Origin: Marsupella aquatica
Taxonomy: Eukaryota > Plantae > Marchantiophyta
Direction: 5' to 3'
Length of the DNA: 64,000 nucleotides
NCBI GenBank assembly: GCA_973895155.1
Contig: OZ316899.1
Span: 16,085,974-16,149,973 of the forward strand
Shown here: positions 37,889 through 49,736 of the stretch, piece after piece
Layout: the number at the start of each line of letters is the position of its first letter
Numbering within the stretch: the first letter of the stretch is position 1
Made by a program: the position numbers and the translations under genes
Notes under the pieces: generated by a model
Told to the model about the DNA's origin: nothing
Database searches by the model: none
Seen by the model: the letters and a program-made list of their open reading frames with translations, nothing else

Positions 37889-39384
37889 CTCGGCTGTGCC
37901 TAGATCTTCTTTTCTGTGGCGAGGTCCCCATATACGTATGCATCACTCTAATGCAGGGATACTGTATGTATTGCCTTGTGATCTGATATTGCTACTACAT
38001 GTTCCCAATGTTCTCTGGTAGGAGAGGAGCTGGAAACTGGGATATATGGGACTGATGGTGAGTGGCTAGTACGTGTCCCAGTGTTCTGGCAGCAGAGAAT
38101 TAGGTGACTGTGAATATTAAGGAAGGAATGTAAGGGACTGACTGACTGGTAATTTCAACACTTCTCACAGACCCTCGTTCTAGATTTTCTGGGCCAGTTT
38201 ACAAGAGTGACCTGTCCAAAATCTCTACAGCCAGTTGGAAAGTTGCTTATCATTCAAATTAGGGAGAATTAAGTCCAGATTCAATTGGTGCTCCCTAGCC
38301 CAAACCTGATGAGCATGTCACTATGTATTCCTCTTTGTGAGTCTACTTGGTGCTATTTTGTTGTGATGATGTGATAACCCTAAACCCCTAAACCTTAAAG
38401 GCCTTCTTCCCGGGACACTGCCAAACTTGGTAATATTTACTTTCAATTGAATACTACCTTAACTATTAGAAGTGGAATGCAATATGTCAAACTTGGAGAA
38501 ATTTTACTAAAAATGAATACTCCCTTAATTATTAGAAGTGGAATGCGAAATAGTGTCACCATGGATCACATAACCTACAGCATTCCATCTGAAAACACAT
38601 AACCTAGTGCATTCCATCTGAAAATCTGTCGTCAATGTGTCATATTTCACAACCCACACACTTCCCCATAACTAAAAAATTTCCATTATGACAAGAATGA
38701 ACTAGTGTGATATACATCCTAGCACGTATGCACCTCAAATCCTATCTCTGCAGCGTAAGGTAACGGATGACGTCTCCATAGAGGTGTTATGGGTCACACA
38801 TTCTAGTGTATGCCATCTGAACCCCATGGTCCTTCCAGTTTACGGTAAAGGACAAACTCTTCATATTGGCCACACCATCTCGGAGCACCACTCAGGTTTA
38901 CTATGAAACCCTAAACCCTAAACCTAAAAGTTATTCAAATAGATTTATTAGCAAGCTATTCTTTCAAACTACAGATCACAACTAGGACCCCAGTTTGAGT
39001 TGAACTCTACTTGACTTTCCTATGCACTTTGGCTCTAGTCCATGAGAGGTCTCTTGCAAATTCTCTGCCACGAGGGTGCGCCACATCACCACAACCAGCC
39101 ACAAACAGGAATGATCCTACTTTTAACAATAACAAACATGCACATTCATGTTTGTGACAAAAGCAACGTAATTTTTGGGGCGCCATGCCGTAAATATTAA
39201 ACGTAAAAAAAACAGAATACAAAGGAAGAGATGTCATTTAGTAAAATAAAGTTACCATTCTGATGTTTGTCAAAGATATATCAGTGTTTTACATCAAAAT
39301 ACTTGTATCTTTTAATTGTTTACAAGTTTGAAAAAACCAATCGATAGAAATGTACATAGGTAAAAACCTCTTTGGCTTCACATT

Positions 39385-39885
39385 GTAAAACTAAATAATC
39401 TCCTTAGTACTTGATAAAATTTGTCAATGTTTGATTCATTGGAAAACTCAAGATCAAGATTTAGAAATTCATGACCTCTTTAGTAGTGTCTTGATAAAAT
39501 CTTTCAATGTCACACTCATTGGAAAGTAATAGTAAAATTAAAAACTCAACATCTCCTTAGTACTTAACAAAATCTATCAATGTTAGGTTCATTGGAAAGT
39601 TAGAGAAATTCAGATACTCATAATCTTTCTAATTCTTGACAAATAATCTCAATGTCACACATTAGTAAGCTAAAGAGATTGAAAACCGCATGATCTCTTT
39701 AGTACCGTGACAAAATCTGACATGAAATTTATCAATGTCGGACTCAATGTTGGAAAACTAACAGAATTCATGAACTCATGATCAAAATTTCTTATACTCA
39801 CACTCATTGGAAAGGCAAAGAAATTCAAAAACTCATTTGGAACTTGACAAAATTTGTCAATTTGATGCTCATTGAAAACCCTTTC
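39385..39885. repeat. Degenerate AT-rich ~65-75-bp tandem array
   Basis: Recurring tcattggaaa, atctc(c/t)ttagtac and aaaat..tcaatg. Confidence 0.75.
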
Positions 39886-41067
39886 TCGATTAAGAGATAT
39901 CACAATCTTGTCACCGTCACAAACTTAGCCGCTGCAAATTGATTTCTTTGATTACGTCGCCATCGTTGTCCACAATGTTTGCTTCCCGACTTGAATTGTT
40001 CGCATCCCTCTAGTCTTCAACTAAAGCTCACTCTGGACACAGGTTGACGCCAAATGCAGTCTCTATGTCAAAGAAACAATTGTTGGTCTCCCCCTCACAC
40101 CATATCTTTCTTAAATAAAAAAACTACAAATCCTTGGTGTGAAGCGATGGCTCGTTTGTTTTGTGTGTTCTTCCCACCGAATCAACAAACGATCTTTTGC
40201 CAACAGCTGAGTGTTGTCATCCCGTCTTTTTTGTGGCGGTAATGCTCAATGTAACTCACAAATGATTAATCAAGGATGGTAGCAAAATGATTTCTCCAAT
40301 GTGTAAGCAAAAATCGTCAAAAAACTCAATTCCTCCACATTCAACCTTTCGTTTGATAAATCTCCTATATCTTTTGAGCGTTTTCTATTGTACAAGCACA
40401 CACCAATACCATCGGGAGACTCAAAACCGTCGGTTACCACCTTGCTGAAAGTTGATTTCACTTCATCACACACACATTCCTTGGATGAACATGGGGGTCC
40501 ACGGATTAATTGGTGTTATCCAGAGTTATCTCAGGGTAGCATAGAGCACACATGAGAGTCAAATACCTAAACCCTAAACGCTATGCAATCAATACCAACT
40601 TACAATATGATTAGTCCTGTCTAGGCTACATCCACAACCAATATATTAATAAGGTTTCACTATGCACAAACCAGACCAATGCATTAGCCACAGCCTGGCA
40701 ATCCGCTTTGTGGCTACTTCTCTATCTCTCCTCTAGCCTCTCCTTAAACTGCAACTGCCTAGTGTTAGGAACTGATGTAGGTTCTTGACTGTAGTCAGTT
40801 TGGTCTTACCAAGGTTAGTCAACCCTTGATTAGACTGTGAGGATAAGATCCATTTATTTAGGCCCACATCTCTTATTCCACTTTGGATGGTATAGGTTGG
40901 AGGAAGAGCATTCCCTTCCTCATTCTTCACATGATTGTACTCTCTTATGCTATGCAACCTTCATGAGTTTCTCCATTGTGGTGTCTTGTTGGTTTAGTGA
41001 TTGAGATTGAATGCACTCTCATGTTCCGCATTCTTGCTCCCTATTTTGAGCCATCGTTTCTCACAAG

Positions 41068-41079
41068 TGGTATTAGAGC
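41068..41079 (+). other. Degenerate tRNA-Met PBS after a ...CTCACA LTR-like end (old LTR element relic)
   Basis: ctcaca-ag-TGGTATTAGAGC, one C>T from TGGTATCAGAGC; partner LTR not identified. Confidence 0.5.
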
Positions 41080-42985
41080 TTTCGGTGTTCATGGTTTGAT
41101 GGCCTGGGCAGTGGTGAGAGTGTTTGTTGTGTTGGATTGGGGTGAAAGATCAAATCATTGTTGGCAATTTTGTGATTGTTTCACTGGCTACTCTAGCTTT
41201 GTTGGAGGTTTTGTGTTTAGAAGAGGTGACAGTTTTCCAACTCAGATGTCAAATCAAAGTGTCAGAGAGGGTCAAATCAAAGAGACAGTCTGTTGTTTCC
41301 TTGTGCGCGTCAATGAGCACTATGTTTTGTTGAAGTTTTCATAAAATTTCATCATTTGAGTGCAGCGTAGTGTCAATTTGGATGTTGTTGTTTAGAGCTT
41401 GATTTGAAGTATGAATTACTTGTGGGGCCATGGGGACCTTTGTTTTCTTGTGAACAATTGAAGATTGTTTGGCCCAATGTTGTGTTTTTTCTTCGTGTTG
41501 GTAGTCGCTGTACTGCAACCATTTGCGGCGGCAAAGACAGATTCTAGGTAGCCAAGTACAATAGGTGGTGGCTGCATGTACAAAGAAACAATCCAAGAAG
41601 GAGAACGGGCGGATATGGGGTTGTACCACCCTATAAGGAGCAAAGAGGGAGGTGGTGCATATGCACTCCCCTCCTTTGGGAGGGTTGGCCTGAGCCCAGG
41701 TATGGTCATTCAAGAACAGCCTGAGGCCTTGGCATTAACCACAGGGAGTGGGGCGGGTGGTATGCATGCCCCAAGGCCCAAGGCACTCAATGCAGGACAG
41801 TACCAGCCTATGGTGCAGGTCCTGTACATGGCAGCAAGGAGCAAGGAGGGGCCAAGCCATTTTGGCTTCTGCAAAGGTATGGGAGTTAAGGGGTCTGCAG
41901 TAGGCCCTCTTAATTAAGAGGGAGAGGGAGGGACTAGGCTCTGGTCCCTTGAGAGCCCTTGATGCCCAAAGGCACAGTTATTAAGGGTTTTGAAGGCCCT
42001 GGTTGGTGGGCTCTGGGCCCTACGCACAAGAAAGAAGAGGGAGGGGAGGCCATCCGGATTCTCAAGAGGTACAATGGGCAAGATGGAGGGCAGCTCTACA
42101 TCAGGGGCAATTAGAAAAACTGGTGAACCAACATGAACAAGAAGGGGGTGTTTGGCCTTTTGTGTTTGATCTTCTTCTTTTTTGGATCAAGTTTATTCTT
42201 TCCTCTTTTCTTTTTGCTTAAAAGGCATTTTTTCCCTAGCCGGAAAGATGTCATTTTCTGATGCTTTTTATTCCCCTAGAAAGAGATGCTTTTAGAGAGC
42301 TTTGTTTTGGCCAAAATCTCCAAATTTGGTGGTCACTAAGGCAGAATTTTGACACTGGATTTTGCAAGGGGATACAAGTTGTGGACCTCCCCACAAAGTA
42401 AAGCTTCCTTACAAAGTGCCCTTGTCAAGCTCACTTCCTTCTCTTGGGATACAACTCAACCCTCAGCACTAACACCAAACTCTGAATAAGCTAACTTTTG
42501 TGACCTCCTTCACCACCCACAACAACTCCCATACAAGTCGCACCTGTTCCTCCAAGGTTGACACTCACAAACTCAACTCTGCCTTAGAAATGGCCTGCAT
42601 ACATATGGATCCTCGAGGTAAATATCCTCAAAGTAGCAAGGGTCAACTTAATGGTTTTGTTGTTTTAAGCTCAACAGTCGTAGTAAGTTGGTAAGCAAAT
42701 AGAACAAAGGGGGTATGACTACCATGCGAGGGAACAGGAAACAAATTGCTCGTAACAATAATGTTTTTGCTTTTACGAGTGTAATGGGTCATTTTTTCCT
42801 CATACCAAGGTTTGGACTTGTTGGCCACTAGTAACAGCAAGCCTTGCTCGCAAAAACCCTCCAACAATCTGTTCATATTTGAATAACTAATGTTTCATTA
42901 AGAAACCTTTCGAGTGAAGTAACAATGTAACAATTCACACAATCCAAAATAGACATGAAGATCATCACCAAAGCACTTGGCAAGG

Positions 42986-45900
42986 TGTCACGTCATCAGC
43001 CTTGACCTTAACTCGGGCTTCAGCTTTAAACGGGCACATCCTTCGTAAATATGAGGGTTCGGGCAGGGAGGGAAGAACGTAATGCACCTAATTCACATAA
43101 ACTAGCGCTAAGTGCGCCTACTGTTAGATACGTACATCTCCTAGGTATGGTTTGTGTTCCGCCGTCGGAACGTACCTTAGTCGATAACAGGATCGACCCC
43201 GGCTTAAGGACTTCTAAGCCTTTGTGTTTTCCGCCTTTGATCCGGATTCAATGATACAGGTCCTCAACCCGTGCTCGCAACCACATACCCGCAAGCTGCA
43301 CCCCGTGCACGACTCGGGTAGTGCGTTTGGCCCGGCGTTGTCACCTATACACGAGATTCACACACATATACACGCGCACAAGCATACAATCTCGATTTAC
43401 ACGAAGGAAATAATGGGAAAGGATTTTACTACATAGGGGACATATGCGGACACTTGGTTGACCCGACAGCTCCGGAATGAACAGGTTCAAGGCCGAGGGA
43501 GTACACTACAACGGAGCCCGGCTCCGCACTCGCCCGACGAGCTTAGTCCTACCCCCTCCCCTTGGTACTCTTTCACTCCTAGAGGTCGGGACTCCCCGCA
43601 CATACCATGGATGTCCAACTCTGAGACTAAAAACCGCCCCTGCCTCTACCAAGGGGTGCACTAAATACTAAGGGCCGGGGAACGAAGTGTCCTCCCGCCC
43701 GAAGATTTGCTGACTTAGGTCCTAACTAATCTGACTGTCAGGCCGAAAAACGGCTGTGTCTTATTAGAAGATCCTAATCTACGCAGGCTGGACAGCATGG
43801 CAGTGCTGCGGTAACTAAGGCAGGTGCCTGTCCCAATAGCCTGACTTAGCTATTCCTAACCCTATTCTATTCCTGCTCCGCCGCTAATGCCTGGCACGCT
43901 TGCCAGAGCCGCCCGAGTGGGAGCGGCCATCCCGCTGCTTATGAAGTCTGTCGTTGTCTGCCTTGAGGAGCTGGACTTGGTCCAGCAGAGATTCGTTCTC
44001 TCGCTTCGCCGCGTCTGTCTCCTCCGTTGCCTCCTCCAGTTGCTGGGCGTCGCTCGTCAGCTTGCCCGCCAGCTGGTCCTGCTTCTCGGCTTCGGTTTGG
44101 AGCCATGCCACTTTGGCCTGTAGCGTGGCTATCTTCGTAGTGTCCCGCTGGGCCCGTTCTTCGGCCTCCTCCAGGTCCTTCTGCCAGATGACAGTTTGAT
44201 TCTTCAAACTGTCAATCTGGTTCCGGAGTCGTGCAATCTCAGCCTGGTTCCCAACTTTGGCCTGCTCGGCTAGGGCGGTAAGGGCGTGCGCCTTTGCTAA
44301 CAAATCATCGGCGGCTGCAACTTTGGGTCGTAGTTGCAGAAGCTCATCCTCTTGAGCCGCAACTTCGTTCTTTAAGTATACGGGCTCCACCCGGTACCGC
44401 TCTATCCTTTGAAGGGCCTCTGACTGGGCCCGACCTACCTTTACTGCGGCAACTAACTCCTGATTGAAGAAATAGGCTACCTTCCCGGCCATGAACTCCC
44501 CGGTATCCCGGGCAATTTGATGAGAGAAATCTCCCAGAAGCCCGTTCAGAAATGTACCCGATATGAAGAGTTCCGGGTGGTCCAGGTTGTGCCTGTCCGG
44601 AGTTGGGCACGGGCAGACGTCAACATGCGCGGGGGGCAGGGCAGTGATATCCAGCCCTGGGGACATAATGTTGGAAGGGGCTGGAGTGTCCTCCTGCAGC
44701 AATGTCCGGTTTTCCGGAATAGCCACCGGTGGGTCTTTGGGAGACCCGGGCTCGAGTAAGACCTCCGCTCTACCGACTTTGGTACTTAGCCCGGCCTGTT
44801 GGATTGCATCTACGGTTGCGATAACCGACCCATCCGGTACCTCCTCGGTTACGACTACAGCTACTTGTGGGGGTGGGGTGGGTGAAGCTTGCGTGTCCGC
44901 TGGACTTCGGGCCTCGGGTTGGGGCCGTCTCTCCAAGGCCGGGAAAACCCACCTAGCTGGGACCAGCTTTGTAACGTTGACACGAGGAAGGGTTCGTCGA
45001 TCAAACCGAGCGTACCATTCAAGAATGATCTCGATGTGGCTAGCGAAGTACGCCTTCCCGCCAATGTACAGCGTCTTCCTTGGCCGCTCCATCTCTTCAT
45101 GGAATTTCTTAGCGAAGTACGACGCCCACTTCCTAGGTCGATAGTTCTCGACCTGGATAACCTGGGCGGCGGAGATCTCCCCCCGGGGTTCCATCATGTG
45201 GAGGGCGTACCTTTGGAACTCCAGTCGCTCAGCTATCTCGGGGATGAGGCAGGTCCTCATCACGAACCCGTTGTCCATTGCTCCCTTTGAGGGAAAACTC
45301 GAGGATGGTACTTGGCTCCCTTGCCCCCGGGAGCCTGTGATTCGACTCGATGGTCACCAGCGGGTAATCCAAAGATCATCTTGAGCCGTTCTTCCGTGAG
45401 GGACATATTCCTTCCCCGCAGCCGAGTATGTTGATGTGCGTCATCATAATTCTTGACGAACTCCGTCATGTCCTCCCCGTAGTACCTGCAAGTGTTCCAG
45501 GGGAGAGAGGCGAGGTGCTCGAATCCCTGAGTCTTCAGGTACACCTCATGCTTGGGATGGAGGATGTTCTTATGCACATTTTCCCCCATGCGGTGCATTG
45601 TCACCTTGGCCACGGCTACCGTGGCCAATGGTAACCCGGATGCAGTGGCGGGTTCCTTCCTCTTCTTCCCCCGTGACTGGCTCGGGGAAGGTGACACCTC
45701 CCCATCCTCTCGATCGGGGATAGGTAGTGCTACCGCCGTTAGTATTGGTCCCGGGGCGGCCACGGTCACCGTGTTGTCTGCTGGAGCCGCTCCTTGGGTC
45801 CGAGCATGGGGAGGGGATGATGTAGTGTCGGCCCCCTGAGTGTTTTCTCCTCTGGGCCGCCTGAGCAAGGGTGGGGTAGCCTCGTCGTCATCGCTAAGGT

Positions 45901-46989
45901 CCACAGCGTTGATGACGGAGCGTACTTGTACTGCTGGCGGGGCGATCGGTGGTGGGGGTTGGCTAGGCTGAGGCTGAGACTGAGGCTGAAGCTGAGCCTG
46001 AGCCTGAGTCTACGTTGGTGTGGGTATGGGTATGGGGTCCACTGGGCTGGTGCCGGCGGTTGCGGGTCTAGTTCCCATGAAGCTCTGCAGGTGCTGGTAG
46101 AAGTTCTCCGAAGCAAGTGCGGACAACCTTGTCGAACGTGTAGTGCTGGACTCGCTATTGATGATAGCCCGAACCTGAGCAGGGATGTGGTCAAAGTGAT
46201 GTCGTTTCAAGTCGATCGTACCCGGGATATTGAAGACCTTGTCCGGAAGCCGAAGCAATGCTTCCCAGAAACCGATGTATTTGTCTCCGTTGAAGAAGTA
46301 CCCAGATACCTCTGCTGGTCGGTAAAGCTCGCTCTGAGACGGGTAGTCAAAGTTAAGGATGTAGTGGTGTCGTCCTGCTAGGCGGATGGCTCTCTCGTAC
46401 TTGCGTTCGATTTTGTATCGGCGCGGGTTGGCATGTTTCAATGAGTCGGCCAAATGTCTTCCGGTAGATAGAAACTGCGTCCAAAATCGAATGGCCGAAC
46501 TGGAGAGGATCGTGTACGACATTCAGAGGAGATAGTAGTGGCGACTAAGAGAGAACGAGAGAGCTGGGGTCGAAGCTGGCGCGTGGACTGATGGACTGGT
46601 GCACTACAAAGGGTTGGCTCCCTTTTTATACCTTGAGGGCTTGTCGATCCCCCGACATCTCCTTGTTGCCTATAGGCTGAGCCGTTCACGCTTGTAGTGT
46701 ACCGGCCACTCTGCCGGTCTGAGTCACCACGTGTCAGTGGATGCCTCCCAAAGTTTGTTATACGGACCCGAGGGAGGGGCCCCTCCACGCTTGTAACCCG
46801 GGCGTGCGAATGGCGACGCGCCGCCAGCCCGAACATGAATTCCCCTTATTGACTAATGATTTCCTACTCATAATGGCTACCTAATTACTATCGTTATGCT
46901 AATCATAGCGGCCTAAGATACCCGTAACACGCATGCTAAGCACGGTTTAGACTGAATTACTCATTACTCGTCGTACCGGCGGCGTCACA
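42986..46989 (-). mobile_element. Solo LTR, family A (A2, 4004 bp)
   Basis: TGT...ACA termini; TSD caagg at 42981-42985 and 46990-46994; homologous end to end to LTR 808-9488. Confidence 0.95.
43884..46522 (-). pseudogene. Family A LTR-borne ORF, copy A2 (~880 codons; one TAG at 46010, one frameshift near 45305)
   Basis: ORFs 46010-46522 and 45260-45904 are in frame; 43884-45278 follows a 1-nt deletion relative to A1. Confidence 0.88.
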
Positions 46990-49736
46990 CAAGGAGTTTT
47001 ACTTGCAATTTCAATCATGGGCCTAGAGATTGGGAGTCATCAGTATCTCAGATAAACATACAAAATTGGCACCATAACCAACTTACAAGGTTGGCAGTGA
47101 TTTCAGAGAGACTTGCCAACTGTCAAAAAAGCCAAGTCTGTAAAGACACAATATCCGACCTTATCAGGGTATGTGACTGTGTCATTGACAATTTTCTCAG
47201 TGAGTAACAAACCAGGGTCCAAAACATCAACCTACAAACATTTTCAAAAATATAGCTAGCAACCTCGCTAGCAAAACTGATCAGCCAATATCTGGTGTTC
47301 TATAAATAAATTAAAGAGCACTCCATATGGAGTGTAAATAGAATCTCTCCCTACCAGCACACAAAAATGTCTACTTCCAATGATACTTACATATATATTA
47401 AAAACCAATGAAAACCTTAAATTAAAACCAAACCTCACTCTAAAGTGGACAATATCAAACCTCAACTCCCCTTTGGATCAGATTGGAAACTTCAGCGACA
47501 ATTAAAATAAGTCAACTACTTGACTACATCCAAAGTCTCTAGGTTCAAATGGTAAATATTCTTGTAACCCAAAGAATATGTTTGCAAGACATGTAAGGCT
47601 TTCCATGTGAATGTTGCTTATAGAAATCCTCATAGGAGCAACATTGGTGTGACACGGGCAACGTGTCACTTAACCAAACGCAGGTCCTAGATTAGGACTT
47701 ATACGGTCATTAGGACCGTAGCCATAGTGTAGAATAGCACAAATAGCCGTCTTTGCCATTATGAATAGATTAGGAGTAGGTTAGTTGACCAAATGATTAC
47801 AAATTAAGGAAGAGGATTATTACGCTTGACCGAAGTACGGTGGCGGCGGTGGAGTAAAAATCCATTAGGAGGATCACGCTTGGACCGAGACACCGACTTC
47901 AGCTCATTATCAACGACCAAAATGGCCTTGCCCTCTCACAATCGAGCTCACTCTGGCACCTCCATAAGAGCGGAGTCGATGGCGCTATGGGCCATTTTCT
48001 CATTTCTACCTTTCAAAATTCGCGGACGCTGCCATTCACTCTCGCCTTTTCTTGAATCAAGCTAACCTTTACGAGGAGATTATCGAGGGATGAGAGCGGA
48101 TTGTGGCAAGATTTAGTCAGGGCAAGTAAGGACGCCACCAGCAAGCGGACCGGCCGGGCGGGAACGCGGACTCGACGAACCAGACTACAAAGGTTAGTAT
48201 GACCCTTACAGCCTTGGGATTTTGGACCTTGTTTGGCGAGGTTGGTGCTAAGTTCTCCGAGACTTACTGGTACTCTTGCCCCGAGAAAGCCGCTCACGAA
48301 CAAAGATATGCAAAGCTGGTGACCAAGGTAGCAAAGGTTAACTGTGAGAAGAAGACAGCCGTCACCAAGGATTCCAGTTACAACGAGCTATGGGATTACA
48401 TCACCGTGCTATATATCAGTGAGAAAGGGTTCAGATCGGTGGCAGAGGCAATTCTTGAAGTTCTCGCGAAGTTTCTTTAGGCTGAGGGGCAGCCAGAGAC
48501 TGACTCCAACGGAGTTTGACAAGATTCCAGGATACATCAACCAGCAGATTACAGCCAAGAAGCGTGAAGAAGACATCAGCAGACAACGGGAAGTGGCGCG
48601 TAACCTTACGTTCCTCGGGGAAAGCTCCAACGCTTTCAACTGGGATATGGCTACCCTGACACCACCCCCAGCCCCTCAGCCGATGACCACCGGTGTACCA
48701 CCAAACCGGTCCCAAGTCCGTCCCGTGAACAACACCGAGTGTTCCTCGGGTTCCGAGCGTGCTAGTCCGCAGCTTGAGCAGCGTTCTTGGAAGCGGTCAA
48801 GGACGACGCCGGCCCCCGAATCGACAACAAAAACTAACGCCACCCTTGTACCTGCCCCGGCGAATCCCCCGACCAACTAGACCCAACGGCCCGCGGATAA
48901 TCCAAAGTCTAACTTATTACAGGTAATCCGCGTCCCTGAGGTAGTCTGGATCGTGATCAAGAAACTCGACCATGCGGACTATCTCAAGGAGCATCAGTTG
49001 GAGCAGTTTGCTCACTTGCTATGGAGACCGTGCGCAGCCGGGCCAAAGGAGATTTGTGAGTTCATCTCCAATTTTGACATTGACGCATCGACCACCAAGG
49101 TTTTAGGACAAACCTTATCACTCACGGAGCATCGGCTAGCACAGATCTTCTGCCTGCCAACTGGGCCGGTGTCAGTTGAACTCCAAATTCGGGATAAGGA
49201 GTATACACCTCGGCACTTCAAACCCAAGGGCAAGACAGACAACGGATACAAGCAGGGGTCATGCACCAACTTAATCTGTATGGAGCGGCTTAACTTCATA
49301 CGGACTACCCTACACATGATTGAGCCACGATCCGAGATCTCCCTCTGCACGATCGTACAGGTGGAACAGTACAAACGGCAGAACTGGGCCCAATTCTTTT
49401 ACTGGAGGTTCTCGGGGGAGCTTAAGCGGGCCCAGGGAGGTATGGCTATCGGGGGGAAAACTTACCTAGGAAGTCATATCGCCATCATCCTCGCCTGGTA
49501 CAAGGCACGGCGGGAGGCCAGGGGAAAGAATATGGCCACGTGAGCCCCGACTAATGTCACCCCCACTTCGGAGGAGGATACCCCGAGTGAGCGGACTACC
49601 GCGCCTCGGGCAAACCCCAAGCCGGAGGCCCCGACTAATACTCCGTCACCTCCCCGGGTTGAAATTCCGCCGCCCCCTTCCGTCAAGCCTCCGCTATCCT
49701 CGGTACAACCACCTCCAATCCCTCCACCACCTGAAG

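Noticed and set aside
38375-40580. Telomere-like AAACCCT runs (~38375, ~38907, ~40565; also agggtttag at 49745)
   Set aside because: Only 2-3 imperfect units each; not an interstitial telomere array and no function can be supported
41339-42221. Short ORFs in a purine-rich region after the degenerate PBS
   Set aside because: No recognisable domain; probably the decayed interior of an old LTR element
46995-47647. Possible Copia 3' relic (ctccccct PPT-like near 47466)
   Set aside because: No convincing RNase H translation or LTR boundary found
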